The notes beneath the pieces are model-generated. The model did not search any database. It was not told the DNA's origin and saw only the letters and a list, made by a program, of their open reading frames with translations. Of a stretch of DNA of 64,000 nucleotides, positions 26,832 to 39,736 are shown one piece after another (the stretch's first letter is position 1; each line of letters opens with the position of its first letter). The DNA lies in the NCBI GenBank assembly GCA_025603075.1, contig MU626339.1, positions 26,843-90,842 of the forward strand, given 5' to 3'. This stretch comes from Neoconidiobolus thromboides FSU 785. Lineage: Eukaryota; Fungi; Entomophthoromycota. The position numbers were made by a program, and so were the translations under genes.

Positions 26832-27265
26832 TTTTTTAAATGGGAATGAGTTTAAATTATAATAAAAGATAAATTTAGTAAAATTGGGGTTTAGATAATT
26901 TTTACTATGATAAGAATTTAATGAAAATATAGTTCAAATAAATTGCGTAGATATGATAGTTTATTCTTTCATAAAGAATTTTTAATAAATTTTTCAACAT
27001 AATAAGATAAATAAAATAGAATATATTAAGTTTATAATTACTTTATTTTTAATTTCCTTATGTTAAAATTTGAGTTTTTATATTTTCATTGTTTCATTAA
27101 CAATCTACACATTCAATTTTATTAGTCTTTCTTTGTATGCACTAATTCTTTTAATAGATTTTTAAAAAAAAAATTAAAACCTAAAATCAGCTGATTTCAC
27201 CAACTATCAATTTCAAATCTAAAAAAAAATTTGAACTCATTTTTACTTAATTTCATTCAATAAAT

Positions 27266-28957
27266 ATGTTCGCTCGACCCATTCGAAAAAAACGAGGTCA
27301 TGGTAGTAATTTTACTAGTTCCATTGGGGATAACTCTTCCAATAGTGGAATGTCTGAAGTGGACGTTCGAGATCGCCAAGAATTGATTACTACTTCAATC
27401 AACCGAGATGTATTAGCTCCTTTGCAAAATAGCCAACAACGCATCTTACGAAGAGCAAGCAGCAACACATCATTAAGACCGCCTATCACCTCGTTTACAC
27501 CAGATGGATTAGTTACCACCTTGTCACCTCAAATACATATCAATTTAGGTCAACGTCGTTCAATATCAGGTAACTATACTCCACCAAAAAATAATAAATA
27601 TAAAACAACATCCCAACAGCCAAATAAATTTCCACCACCTTCCTTTCCACAAAATTTAGCTCATATGAGAAGCAACAAAAGTTCATTAGCTTCTTACGCA
27701 CAAAATCAAAATTCAAGTGAAGAATTAAATAAAATATTAAATCGAGTACATGCTACCCCCGAATGTTTAGCTACTTCACTACAAGAATTAAGACTACATA
27801 TATTGAAATTTGGTATACCATTAGAAGATACTTCCATGGAATATCCACAGTCCAATTCACTTCGATGTCGTACATGGAAAGCTTTATTGGGAGTTTATTC
27901 TTTTTCAGCGGGAGAATATTTGCATTATATAGCTAAAGGGGCTAGCCCTATGTTTGATAAAGTTAAAAATGATACTTTTAGAACTTTAGCTACCGATAAA
28001 AAGTTTTTAGAAAGGGTCCAAGAGGTTATGTTAGTTCGAGTTTTAAACGCTATTGTTTGGAAAGCTCAAGCTGATGCTCCATTAGGCACCATTCCAACGA
28101 GATTTGATTATGTTCAAGGAATGAACGTTCTAGTAGCCCCATTCTTATTTGTTATGCCTGAAGTGGATGCCTTCTTTTCATCAAATGTATTGTTGAAAAA
28201 CTATTGTCCTACTTATGTTAAACCAACATTGATTGGGGTGCATTGTGGCTTAAAGGTAACTAATATTTTCAAGTTTTTAATAGAACTGAAGATGGTAATA
28301 TTTTTATTAATTTTTAGTTAATGGATAAATGTTTAGAAGTGTTAGATGCGGAATTGTATTTTTATTTAAAAAGTAAAGGCTTGACAGCTGAAATTTATGC
28401 ATTTGCTTGTAAGTTTTTATTTTATTTTATTGTCATATATTATTAATCATTAAATCCTTCCTTTTATTAGCTATATTAACTTTAAGTGCTTGTACACCAC
28501 CATTGGATGAATTATTAAAACTATGGGATTTTTTTTTTGCATTTGGAATTCATTTGAATGTAATTTGTACTATATCACAATTGATGTTAACGCGTAATCA
28601 ATTATTAATGAGTCCAAGGTAAAATTTAATAAATTTGAATATCGATGAGATATATTAACCTTTTTTATTTTTAGCCCAATTAAACTGTTACGTACCTTCC
28701 CTGATTTACAAGCTTATCCAGTAATTCAATTAACACGTCATTTGGTGAAACAATTATCAGCTCCACTTTATGAAGAATTAGCTACTCATCCATTTGATGA
28801 AGCCGTTTGTGAAAGGTATATTAATGGTCCAAATACTTCCAATTTCTCTTCTCCATTGCCTAATACTTCGTCATTCATGTCGTCAAGTAGAGACTCTCAT
28901 CTCTCACCTAATACACCAGGGTCCATGTCGTCCCATTCAGTTAGGAGCCGAAGTTAA
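27266..28957 (+). CDS. BUB2: Bub2/Cdc16 TBC-domain GAP of the mitotic exit / septation network, multi-exon
   Basis: RCRTWKALLG, KVKNDTFRTLATDKKF, YVQGMNVLVAPFLFVMPE, YCPTYV, GVHCG, ACTPPLDELLKLWDF. Confidence 0.9.
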
Positions 28958-29865
28958 ATTTGGTTATTATGGATTATGATTATTAGAAGTGGAGTTTATT
29001 TTGTATAGTTTAGTAGAAGATATTATTCATCTTTTGCCATTTTTAACAGTCTATTTTTTTTCAATTTTAAAGTTGAAACTTTAAATTTATCTTTTTATTA
29101 AATATAATATATTTTTGAATTTTCTATTAATTTTTTATTAATTTTTTAAATTGTTAATATAACTCAATAATAATTCATAGCATATTTTAATAAGTTTATT
29201 TAAACTGAATTATCAATTCATTTATCACATTTTTTAAAATTATATTAACCAACTTCAATTCCTAACTCTAATTCGTCTCCTTTTTTTAATTAGAGAAAGT
29301 TGATTGTAGTCTATAGTGTGGGATATTAGTATATATATTGATGAACAAATTATCTTTTAATATGACTCAAAGAAAAGGCTTTTATCTAGGAAGAGAGAAG
29401 TTTTGATTATCAATAATATTAAATGACAATGATGAGAAATGACTTGTTAGTTGAATTGTCTCATACTATTAATAAAAATCTAGTCATAAAAATAATCGAA
29501 TTAATATTATTTATCGTAGTAATATTTTAATAATCTCCATCCTCTACTATTTTAAATACAATTCTGTTATATTATTCATAAAACTTTCCATTTTTATTAT
29601 ATCATTTAAGATTATACATAATAATGAATTAACTAGCATTTAATTAAAACTAGAATCATCACTTACATGCTAGAATAATGAGAATGCTATCCCTAAATAA
29701 AGAACAATAAACTTAAGTATATCATTGATATTTCATTGGTTAATTTAGACCAAATGATTTCGATTTTAACCAAATATAGTAACATTTAAGTAAATTTAAT
29801 GATGTAGTAAAAAAAGTAAACCATAGCTTTTTTTAAAAATTATAATTGATAAAAAATCCAATATA

Positions 29866-32440
29866 ATGGAAATCCCAACAGCATTGAGTAGTAGTTTATT
29901 ACGAGGATTAGGTGATAAAATGTATGAACGACGTAAACAATCAGCGTTGGAAATCGAGAGGTAAAGTAACAATTTATTAAATATTATTATTAATAAGAAA
30001 GGATTATTAATTGATTATTTTATATTTTATTTTTAAATTAAAATAAATAAGTATTATTAAAGATTTATTTTCTCAAGATGAAGTGGAACAAATCAAAAAC
30101 ATAACCTCTTATTTAGTACGTGAATTTGCATTTTCTCAATTTACACACCAAAAAAATGGGGGTTTAATTGGATTAGCTGCTATTTCTATTGCTTTAGGAC
30201 CAGTAATCAATTTATAATTTCTTAGTTTATTTAATAACTTTATTGATTGTTTTTTATTAGCAAGTCGATGATTTTCTAGATGATATAATACCGCCAGTAT
30301 TAGCTTGTTTTTCAGATCAAGAAGCTAAAGTTCGATATTACGCTTGTGAGTCAATGTATAATATTGCTAAAGTAGCAAAAGGAGATGTATTAAGATTTTT
30401 TAATGAAATATTTGATGCTTTATCTAAATTAAGCTCAGACCCAGATACATCAACAAAGAATGGTGCCTTATTATTAGATAGATTAATGAAAGATATTATT
30501 AGTGAACAAAACAATGAATTAGATAATACAAATAATTTACAACAATTTAGTTTAACAAGATTTATACCATTATTAAGTGAAAGAATTAAAACAATTAATC
30601 CATTAACTCGTAGTTTTTTAATTAATTGGTTATCTGTATTAAATTCTATACCAGAAATTGAATTAATTAGTCATTTACCTAAATTTTTACATGGCTTATT
30701 AAGTTTCTTAGCAGATAATAATCCAGATGTAGTAACATCCACTCATATCTTATTTTTTGATTTCTTAAAAGACATTCGAGATTCAGCATTAAATCAAAAT
30801 ACAGAATTCAATTCAAGTTTAGGTCAAGGTAATGGACTTTGGTTACCAGGTCAAGGAGTTGTTATTGATTATAATGAGATATTAGAAATATTAATAAATA
30901 ATTTAAATAACAATAACGAACAAATTCAATCTATGGTATTAAAATGGATTAATGAATTTACTGAAATTAGTAAACAAACAATTATCTCTAAGATGACTAA
31001 ATTAATATTATCTTTATTACCTTCTTTAGCTAATTCTAAATTAAGTTTAAGTAATTCAGCTATGGAATTGAATTCGAATTTGTATTTTTTAATATCGGAT
31101 TGGGATAATGAAGATATTGAAATTGATTATCAAGGAATGGTAAATTCATTGACATTACAATTATTGAATGAAAATGAAATTACAAGGGTAGAATCATTAG
31201 AATGGCTGATTATGTTACATCGTAAATATCCAGAACATTTGTTTTTACCAGGGGATGGTATGTTTCCTGCTTTATTAAAAGTAATATCTGATATATCAGA
31301 AGAAGTTGTAAAAAGAGATTTACAATTATTAGCTCAAATTAGCTCTCATTTAGATAAAGACAACACACAAGATGATAATTTTTTTCATTCATTTATGATT
31401 CATTTATTATCTATGTTTTCAACAGATAGAAGATTATTAGATTTAAGAGGTGCATTAATTATTCGTCAATTATGCCTTGCATTATCACCTGAAAAAATAT
31501 ATATTACCATGGCTAATATATTAGAAAAAGATAAGGATATTGAATTTTCTTCAATTATGATTCAACATTTGAATTCCATATTATTAACGGCTAATGAGTT
31601 AATGGAATTAAGAAAAAAATTTAAAAATTTTCATCAGAATTTTAATTTATTCAAAACATTATATAAATCTTGGTGTCATTCCCCAATTTCTACTTTTTCT
31701 CTTTGTTTATTAGCTATGCAATATGAACATGCTTATTTATTATTATCATTATTGTAAGTCTTTTCTTATTATGATTAGTTATTATTTATATATTATTTTT
31801 TTATTTCATTAGTGCTGAGTTAGAAATTACGGTTAATATGTTAATTCAAATTGATCGTTTAATTCAAATGTTAGAATCTCCTGCTTTTACTTGTAAGTTA
31901 ATTAATTATAATAATATATAAATACCAATAATATTAATATTATTTTTAGATTTAAGATTACAGCTATTAGAACCTGAAAAATATCCTTATTTATTTAAAT
32001 GTTTATATGGATTACTAATGTTATTACCTCAATCAAATGCATTTAATACATTAAAAAATCGATTATCTTGTATTACTACAAATGGCTATTTAATGTTAAG
32101 TACATTAAAAATAAGGTAAGATTAATCTGTATTCACCCATAATAGTATCATATTAATACATTCTAGTAATAATAGTACTAATGATAGTACTAAGAGAATA
32201 GCAAATAGTAGTTTAAAAACAGAAAGTAATAATTCATTAAAATTACAAGAGTTATTGTCCCATTTTAAAAATGTACAAGCTCGACATGAAAAGGCAAGAT
32301 TAAATTCCCAACAATTACCAAAAAAAAATCATGAAAACAATAATAATAACAATAATGAAAAATTAAGTAAAAGAACAAGTATTTTACAATCAAATACTAA
32401 AAGAACCGATTCTCCACTTTCTTTTTTGAATAAAAAATAG
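29866..32440 (+). CDS. VAC14: Vac14 scaffold of the PIKfyve/Fab1 complex, multi-exon
   Basis: [96 protein letters not shown]. Confidence 0.95.
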
Positions 32441-32506
32441 GTGTTGCTTTTTTGTTATGCTTAAATAAAATTGATTTTTTTGGATTTATATTTAATATTT
32501 ATATTT

Positions 32507-32622
32507 GGGGATGTTTTTTTGGCTTCATTATTTTTTCTATCTTCTAAGTACTATTTAAGTGGAAAAATTCTTAATAAAATCGTTAAAAAATGGAAAAGTA
32601 ATGAAACCAAAAAGACATCCCC
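32507..32622. mobile_element. Rearranged MITE copy with the same end at both termini (palindromic, 116 bp)
   Basis: Left part is the reverse-oriented consensus; right part is the forward right end AAAAAATGGAAAAGTAATGAAACC..ACATCCCC. Confidence 0.8.
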
Positions 32623-32669
32623 ATTTATATTTATAAAATAAACGAATATATTTTTATTCATAATTTAAT

Positions 32670-33788
32670 TTAATTCCCAACTTTAGTCACAGTTCCATCT
32701 TGATTGCCAAAGTAGGCCACTGTTGCCATGTCACAAAATAAACCTACTTCTACAACACCAGTAATATGAATTAATTGATTTAATAATTCCTTTGGGTTTG
32801 AAATTAAGCCAAAATCTGCATCAATAACTAACATACCATTATCAGTTACTACAGGGCCTGCTTTACCTCCACCACTCATACGTAAAGTGGGTTTACCGCC
32901 TAATGAAGTGATTTTTTTAGTGACTAAGTTTAACGCGTAAGGAATGACTTCAATTGGTACTCCTTGTTTCCACTAAAAAAGAGTTAAGTATAAATTAAAA
33001 GAAAAGAAAAGAAAAGAATTAGCAACTATAAGACACTTACATTTTCACCTAATACTTTAGAATTTTTACGATAATCTATAATCAATTATATTAATAAAAC
33101 TCATCGAAAATTCATTAAAAGTTTGGTTTTGTTTTTATGAATGATTTAAAATTAATAATTATCTACTTACCAGCGATTAAGATGAATTTTTTGGAACTGC
33201 TAGCTACTATTTTTTCTTGTAGCTGACAGGCTCCCCCACCCTTAATGGCATTTAAATTAGAATCAACCTAGTAATGTTGATTTAATATAGTTGAGTTATT
33301 AGATAAAATAGATTTGAAACTAGTTGATTTCATAAAAAGAGGAGGAAATTAAAAATAGAATAATTACCTCATCAGCCCCATCAATAGCTACTTCAAGTTC
33401 ATTAATTCTATATAATTAAAAGATATATTAATTAATCAATATCTATATAACTCTTATATATTCCACATAATCCCACCACTTATCAATTCCATTTGATTGA
33501 TTTAATTAATTACAGTAATTTAAATTTAATAACTTACTCTTCCAAACTACCCAATGTAAATCCATTATTTAAAATTAATTGTTTAGATTGGAAACTAGTG
33601 GGCACTAACTTTACATCAATTAATTTATCTCTGATTTCAACTAATCGATCAATCACATAAACTATTGTAGAACCAGAGCCAATTCCTATAGCCAAAGGTT
33701 GATTATTAGATTTGTTGTCTAAGAGGGGTAAGACATATTCATTAACTGCTTGATAAGCAGCAAGTTTCTTAGAGGCTTCAATACTCAT
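32670..33788 (-). CDS. RKI1: Ribose-5-phosphate isomerase A, multi-exon
   Basis: [61 protein letters not shown]; ATG of MSIEASKK at 33788. Confidence 0.95.
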
Positions 33789-35012
33789 TGTTTGTTTTAT
33801 TTTAAAGAGCTGAGAAAAAGGAGTTGATAAAGTGAATGCTTTTCTGAAAAATTGATACAAAATAATTTATTAAAAAATTTTAACAAGTTTTTAGAGATGA
33901 CATGTTTTTAAATTAAGGGATTTTAGGCTAAAAAAAATTTGGGATAGAAAAATCGGAAGTTTCTATAAATTGGGTCATTTTCTCGCATTTATTTAAGCTA
34001 TTAAGGCTTAATATAAAATTAAACCAATATTAAAATAGTCCTTCTTTATTTAAGTAATATTCGAGATTTGTAATTAGTATTGAATGAACTATGTCAATAA
34101 TAAATATTGATAATATTATTTGTGTTCCAATTATTATAGTTTACTTCTTTATTATAAATTTCTTGTCATTGTTCTATATTGTTTTTAATTTCTAATAATT
34201 GTTTTAAATGCCCATAAGTAATGGAACAATTCAACTATTAGTATTTCATCCTATTAGTTGAGAACAATACCATTTAAAACTAATAAAGTTCGAAATTCAA
34301 TTATTAATTTTATACAGAAAAATAAACTAGGAAGATTCAAACACTAGAAATTCTCTATTAATATAGGTAACTAGATATAAATAATCAAGTAAAAGTAGAA
34401 ATAATTAACATGTTTTTATTTAAATATAATCAAAAACAGTTATACTTTTATTATATTTAAAAAGCATAGAGATAGATGTGATTAGTGGGAGATCAGAAAG
34501 GGAATAATTTTTGCAAAATAATTTAAATCTAAATATGACCTTTTACTTGAAATCTATTAAAAATTAAAAAACTAAAAAGCTAAAGGTAAAAATTATTATA
34601 AATTGTCAATTACAATAAAAATAACAGTCAAGTTTAATCAATCTTAAATACATCATTTTATAATTATTTTGACCTTTTTTTAAATAATTCAGAACAATTA
34701 ATTTATCATTGTTTTCTTAAATATAAATATAAATGATAGATAAACTAAGAAATAAGCTTAATACACTATTAATAATGCTAACAACTATTTTGTTTTTATT
34801 GTTATATATTATGAAATATCGCTTTGTCAGATTCATGATTGATTATAACATAACAATCACTTAAGTTGTTGTGTTCTCAAGTTTAGGCATAAATCAACTC
34901 AGAGGCCTTTACTTTGATTTACTGCGGTAATTTCTAGCTTTATTCCGAAGGAGATTATCCTCTTATTTCAATATCCATACTTGTTGGAGTATAAAAGAAA
35001 TTTTAGGATATA

Positions 35013-35106
35013 GGGATGTATTTCTGTATTTAAGAATTTTACTAACAATTTTTCCACCCAAATACCGCTTAAAAGATGGAAAAAGTGAAGCTAAAAAAAT
35101 ACCCCC
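35013..35106 (+). mobile_element. MITE copy
   Basis: GGGATGTATTTCTG...ATACCCCC. Confidence 0.8.
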
Positions 35107-35532
35107 AAATAATTAAAAGTTTTATAAAAAGTTTTTGTATAAAAATAAAAATATTGCTAAAAAAATAATATAAAAAGATAATATCTTTTATAATTAGATA
35201 GTAGAAATTCTTACAGTAAATCAAAATAAAAAACTCTGAGTTAATTATACCATATGAATTATAATTAATTATAAAGCTGATAAAGTGATATATTTATAAT
35301 GTTGAGATTTTATTAAAGTTATTGCTAGGTTTTAATAAGTATAAGTGCTTTTATGCTTATTTACAGATTTTAAGTAAAACAATACAACGCAACTTGATAT
35401 GATTATTTTTATTACATGAAACTTTATTGTTTAAGTATAAAATTATTATTATTACTTTGATTATTTTATTTTTCATTTTTTATTTTTTATTTCTTAATTA
35501 TGTTTACTAAATTATTGAAAGCTATAGTATAT

Positions 35533-35630
35533 GAGGATGTTTTTTTTGATTTCATCATTTTTCCATTTTTTAAGCACTGTTTGAGTAGAAAGATTGTTAC
35601 TAAAATTCTTAAACACAAAAAAACATCCCC
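35533..35630 (-). mobile_element. MITE copy
   Basis: ATAT-GAGGATGT...ACATCCCC-ATAT. Confidence 0.85.
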
Positions 35631-35670
35631 ATATAATATTACTAGATTGGTATAATTTTGTTAAATATTT

Positions 35671-35769
35671 GGGGATGTTTTTTTTTGGTTTCATTACTTT
35701 TTCCATTTTTAACTACTATTTGAGCGGAAAAATTCTTAGTAAAATCCTTAAACACAAAAATACATTCCC
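35671..35769 (-). mobile_element. MITE copy, tandem with 35533 copy
   Basis: GGGGATGTTTTTTTTGG...ATACATTCCC. Confidence 0.85.
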
Positions 35770-36254
35770 ATTTGTATATTTAAAATAATAAATTCATAAC
35801 TTTTTATTATACAAAGTAGTTATTTATACAATTTAGAAATATTTTGCAGTAGCTTAAATTCTATTTTACTTACAACACTCAAAATCATATAAATATTTAT
35901 AAATGTCATATTTTTAGCTCAAGCCTATACTTCTTAATATTGCCTAAAATATTATTAAAATATGCCATGTTTAAGTTAGTTTAAAAGCTTGGTTCAAGTT
36001 TTGTCCAATTTGATTTTTTAAAAAAGTCGCAAGTTAAGCACTAAATGCTACTAAAATAATTGGTCTTTTATTTAATTGAAATAGCTCATGCTGGGACGTT
36101 TTGTCCAATTTCAATATTTTGAAATATTTTATGCTATATAGGAAATGGACAAAAAAAAATGAACTTGCAAATTTTTTAATTTCAACAATTAAACTTGCCC
36201 ATTTAGAAAGGTTAATTCAAACAAAACAGGTATAAGAGTGATAAACTATTATCA

Positions 36255-36270
36255 ATATAAATAGTGCTCA
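36255..36270 (+). promoter_or_regulatory. TATA-containing motif ATATAAATAGTGCTCA upstream of GPCR A
   Basis: Identical 16-mer upstream of GPCR B and GPCR pseudogene E, about 45-60 nt before ATG. Confidence 0.65.
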
Positions 36271-36313
36271 TAGTCGAAGGTTTCAAGAATCTTTTGTTAA
36301 ATTTACAGAGTAA

Positions 36314-37450
36314 ATGGATGCAAGAGATTATTTAAAATATATAAGATACAATGTTTTCCCCGAAATATCAAAGGTTTCGTTATCGTTAGCAATTGTGGTT
36401 GTGTTAACTATGATAGCTTTCAGTAATAAATTATATATATTCATGTACGATTTCTAAATTTATTATATAGCCATATACGATCGTAAGTTAGTGAACAGAG
36501 TGACTCTTAGATTACAAACTGTTATTGCATGCTATGATATTTGGTCACATTCTTTTCCATTATGGGCCAGAGAAAATAGCAAAGAAGGGAATCCTTTATG
36601 TACAACTATTGCCTATCAAACATTTGCATTCCCTTTGTTTTATGCTTTCCTTAATGTTGCTATTGGGATCAACTTACAGTTGGTATTTATTCATGGTATT
36701 TTTATAACAAAAAAAATTGAAGTCGCATATTATATTGGATCTATTTTACTTACTCTGTTAATTACTATTCCACCACTTGGTATAGTGTCTTTGTGATTTT
36801 TAAGTTAGTATTAACATGTATTTATTTAGCACTTGGGTTGCTTGGCTATAGTGAATTTAATGGATGCTATCTAGCGTCAGATGATGAGTATTTCTCTAAA
36901 ATGTTTGATTTCTTTGCTAACGTCCTAGTGAATCTCATTTGTATGGCTTATTTATTGGTCATTGTAATTCTTATTTTAATAAAGCTATACCAAGGGCATA
37001 AAGTAACAAAAGAAAATCAAGTAGGAATTGATGTTAACAAATCATCTGAGACGCTTAAGAACATTCGATTACTTGCATCAAGAACGTGATATTATTTATG
37101 ATTTATAGAATATAGCTAATTTCTTTTAGTTTGTTATATCCAATAGTAATGATTGTAGCTAATATTGGAGTAGTTATAAGTCAAACAGCTTACGACCTTT
37201 TAAACATCGATTCTCCAGAATTATCGGTTTTAGCTTATATCACAGGTGGGCTATTGGGTACTCTTAATTTTGTTGCTTTCTTTTGTGACCCAACTATCCA
37301 TCAGGCACTTACAAGTGTATATTTTAGAACTATAAAGAAACAAAGCGAAGCAGACAGAATAAGTATAATTATTTAAGTAGGAATTATAATGCAAAGTGTT
37401 TTTAGATCATAATAACGATGTGTCGATCTAAATGATATGAGAAATGATAG
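36314..37450 (+). CDS. 7TM GPCR A (Git3/cAMP-receptor-like family); last exon frameshifted so C-tail is truncated
   Basis: MDARDYLKY start, seven hydrophobic helices over 4-5 exons, TM3 Cys (NPLC) and ECL2 Cys (NGCYL), TM6 RTLLYP, TM7 LGTLNFVAFFCDPT. Confidence 0.8.
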
Positions 37451-39398
37451 CTTCAAAGATGTTTGTAAAGCTATTGATGATAAAATAGAAGGTTAGATGC
37501 CTATTTGATATTTCAGATTTATTGAAAATTTATAGCATGTGCATAGTGTAATTAATAATTAAAGCCATATGCCTGAAGTTTTAAATGGTTTTTAATTGCA
37601 TTCTAATCTATACACTATTTAATAAAAATTATAGAGCTCAACAAATTGAATGGCCCAATATGGAATTACATATAGTCATTTAATAACTATTTTTTGTATT
37701 TTTTTTACTATTTTTTTAAACACATTAATCTAAAAGGAAAAGCAGTGAGGTTTGTTTGGAAAAAAGAACAAATAATTAGTGTTTAAGGAGTGCAGTATAT
37801 AGATTCTAGAAGTAAGTTTTTAGGAAACTGAAATAATGAGATTCTTTTGAAGATCTCTTAGCAATAGCCAGAGTGTGTTTACTTTTTCTTATAACCAAGG
37901 CTATCCTTTTTTTATAATTTTTTGTTTTAAATTTAAAATTTCGAAAACTTCAAAAAACCGAGTTCCTAGAACACTCCAATTTTGGAAATTTATTCAGTTT
38001 TTTGACTGACTCTATGCTTAACAGTTAGAAATACTACATTTGGTTTATTTGTATCCCTTAATTAAAATTTCAAAATAGCTAATTTATGTAATTGAGTTGT
38101 TAAAGTTATTTATTGGTTTTAAGATTTTTTAAAATAAGTTTTAGTTACTCAAAACATCAAATGCCTAAGTATTACCTAATATACTCGTTGACTTTTTGTA
38201 GCAGTTATATATAATACCTGCTATTGAATTTGCTATTTTAAATATTTACTTAATGCTTCATCTTTAGCGAGTATTACATTTGACCTATAAACGCAGTATT
38301 AAATAATATCCCAATAATTCAGTTTGATGTATCATATCTACATCAATTCTTATTTGACAGTTTTGTTGCAGTGGTATCACGTTGAGGTATATTTCATAAA
38401 GTATCACTTTATCAAAAACACTATTTTTAGTTAATGTATAAAGCCCTATCTTAAATTAATGTGGCTCATTTTTGTATTATAAAAGTAAATGGGCCGATTA
38501 TTTGTTGATTTATTCATGAAAATATATCTTATTACAGAAAATGATCCAAGTGATTCGTAAAATAGAATTCAATAGACATTAATGTGGTGCCATGGCGCAA
38601 AAAAAGTCAAATAAACACTATTCTAGAACGCAATTTCTTGAAATTAGCGTTACATTATATAAACAGTCAATGTGTAGTATTATTAACGCGGTAAGTAGCT
38701 TCTAAATTTGAAAAAGATAGAAAATACCGAGAAGTTGACATTTCTAGCGTTTATTAAGATAAAAGCCCTTAGTTGGCCTTATAAAGTATTCTTAAATTAA
38801 GAACCTATATGTAGATACATTTTGACTTCAGTGTTCAACTAACAGTTTTTTAATTTGATATTGTATATGTAGTGGTCAAAGGAATGAAGCACAAAGACAT
38901 TCTAGTCTTTTGATCCTAAAACCTTAAGCCAAGTGCTTGACCTTTAAAAATATAAGATAATTCCTAGCTATTACCTGATATACTTTTATGCAATGGTGAG
39001 AGGTAAAAATCAAAGTATTTTCCAATATAGGTTTAAGCAAGAAGCTTATTTTTGAGCTCTTAAAATGTTTCTATATTTAGGCATTTCACTTGCTTATTTT
39101 CAAAAAACATGATACTAGCTGTTATATCTACATATTTAACAAGCTTTTATCATCTTTAGGATGTTCAAGAACCATTGTGTATATTATACTTGGTTTGATT
39201 TCTATTATTGTGTACCTATTTAAATGTTAAGAGACATATACCTTTTTCGTTAGTATGTCATAAAATTTTGTGTCATATTTATACTCCACAGGAATATGAA
39301 TTATTCATATTAACTAAAATGTACATTTATACAGTTTAAAAGGATTTACAGCCTTTTTTATGTATTCTGTCATATTTAAGCACAATAACCAGTTACAT

Positions 39399-39497
39399 GG
39401 GGATGTATTTTTTTGTTTAGAAATTTTACTAACAATCTTTCCCCTCAAATAGCGCTTAAAAAATTGAAAAAGTAATGAAATCGAAAAAAATATCCTC
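39399..39497 (+). mobile_element. MITE copy 240 nt upstream of GPCR B
   Basis: GGGGATGTATTTTTTG...ATATCCTC. Confidence 0.85.
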
Positions 39498-39679
39498 AAA
39501 CCTTATACCAACTTGAACTTTCATATTAGCAATAGGTATTAAAATTATCTCAATATTAAGGAATAATATATTTTTAATTGTGGTTCATACCTCTTGACAT
39601 TATCGAAAATACTACTAGAATATATTTTAACTTTAGAAAAAATTAATGACCATAAAACAAGTATAATAAGCCATTAGCA

Positions 39680-39695
39680 ATATAAATAGTGCTCA
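39680..39695 (+). promoter_or_regulatory. TATA-containing motif ATATAAATAGTGCTCA upstream of GPCR B
   Basis: Same 16-mer as at 36255. Confidence 0.65.
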
Positions 39696-39736
39696 TGGTT
39701 TAAGTTATGGAAATTACAAGTTATCTATTTAATGAA

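Noticed and set aside
26653-28979. ORFs 26653(+), 27298(-), 28794(+)
   Set aside because: Antisense or alternative frames of QRI7 and BUB2
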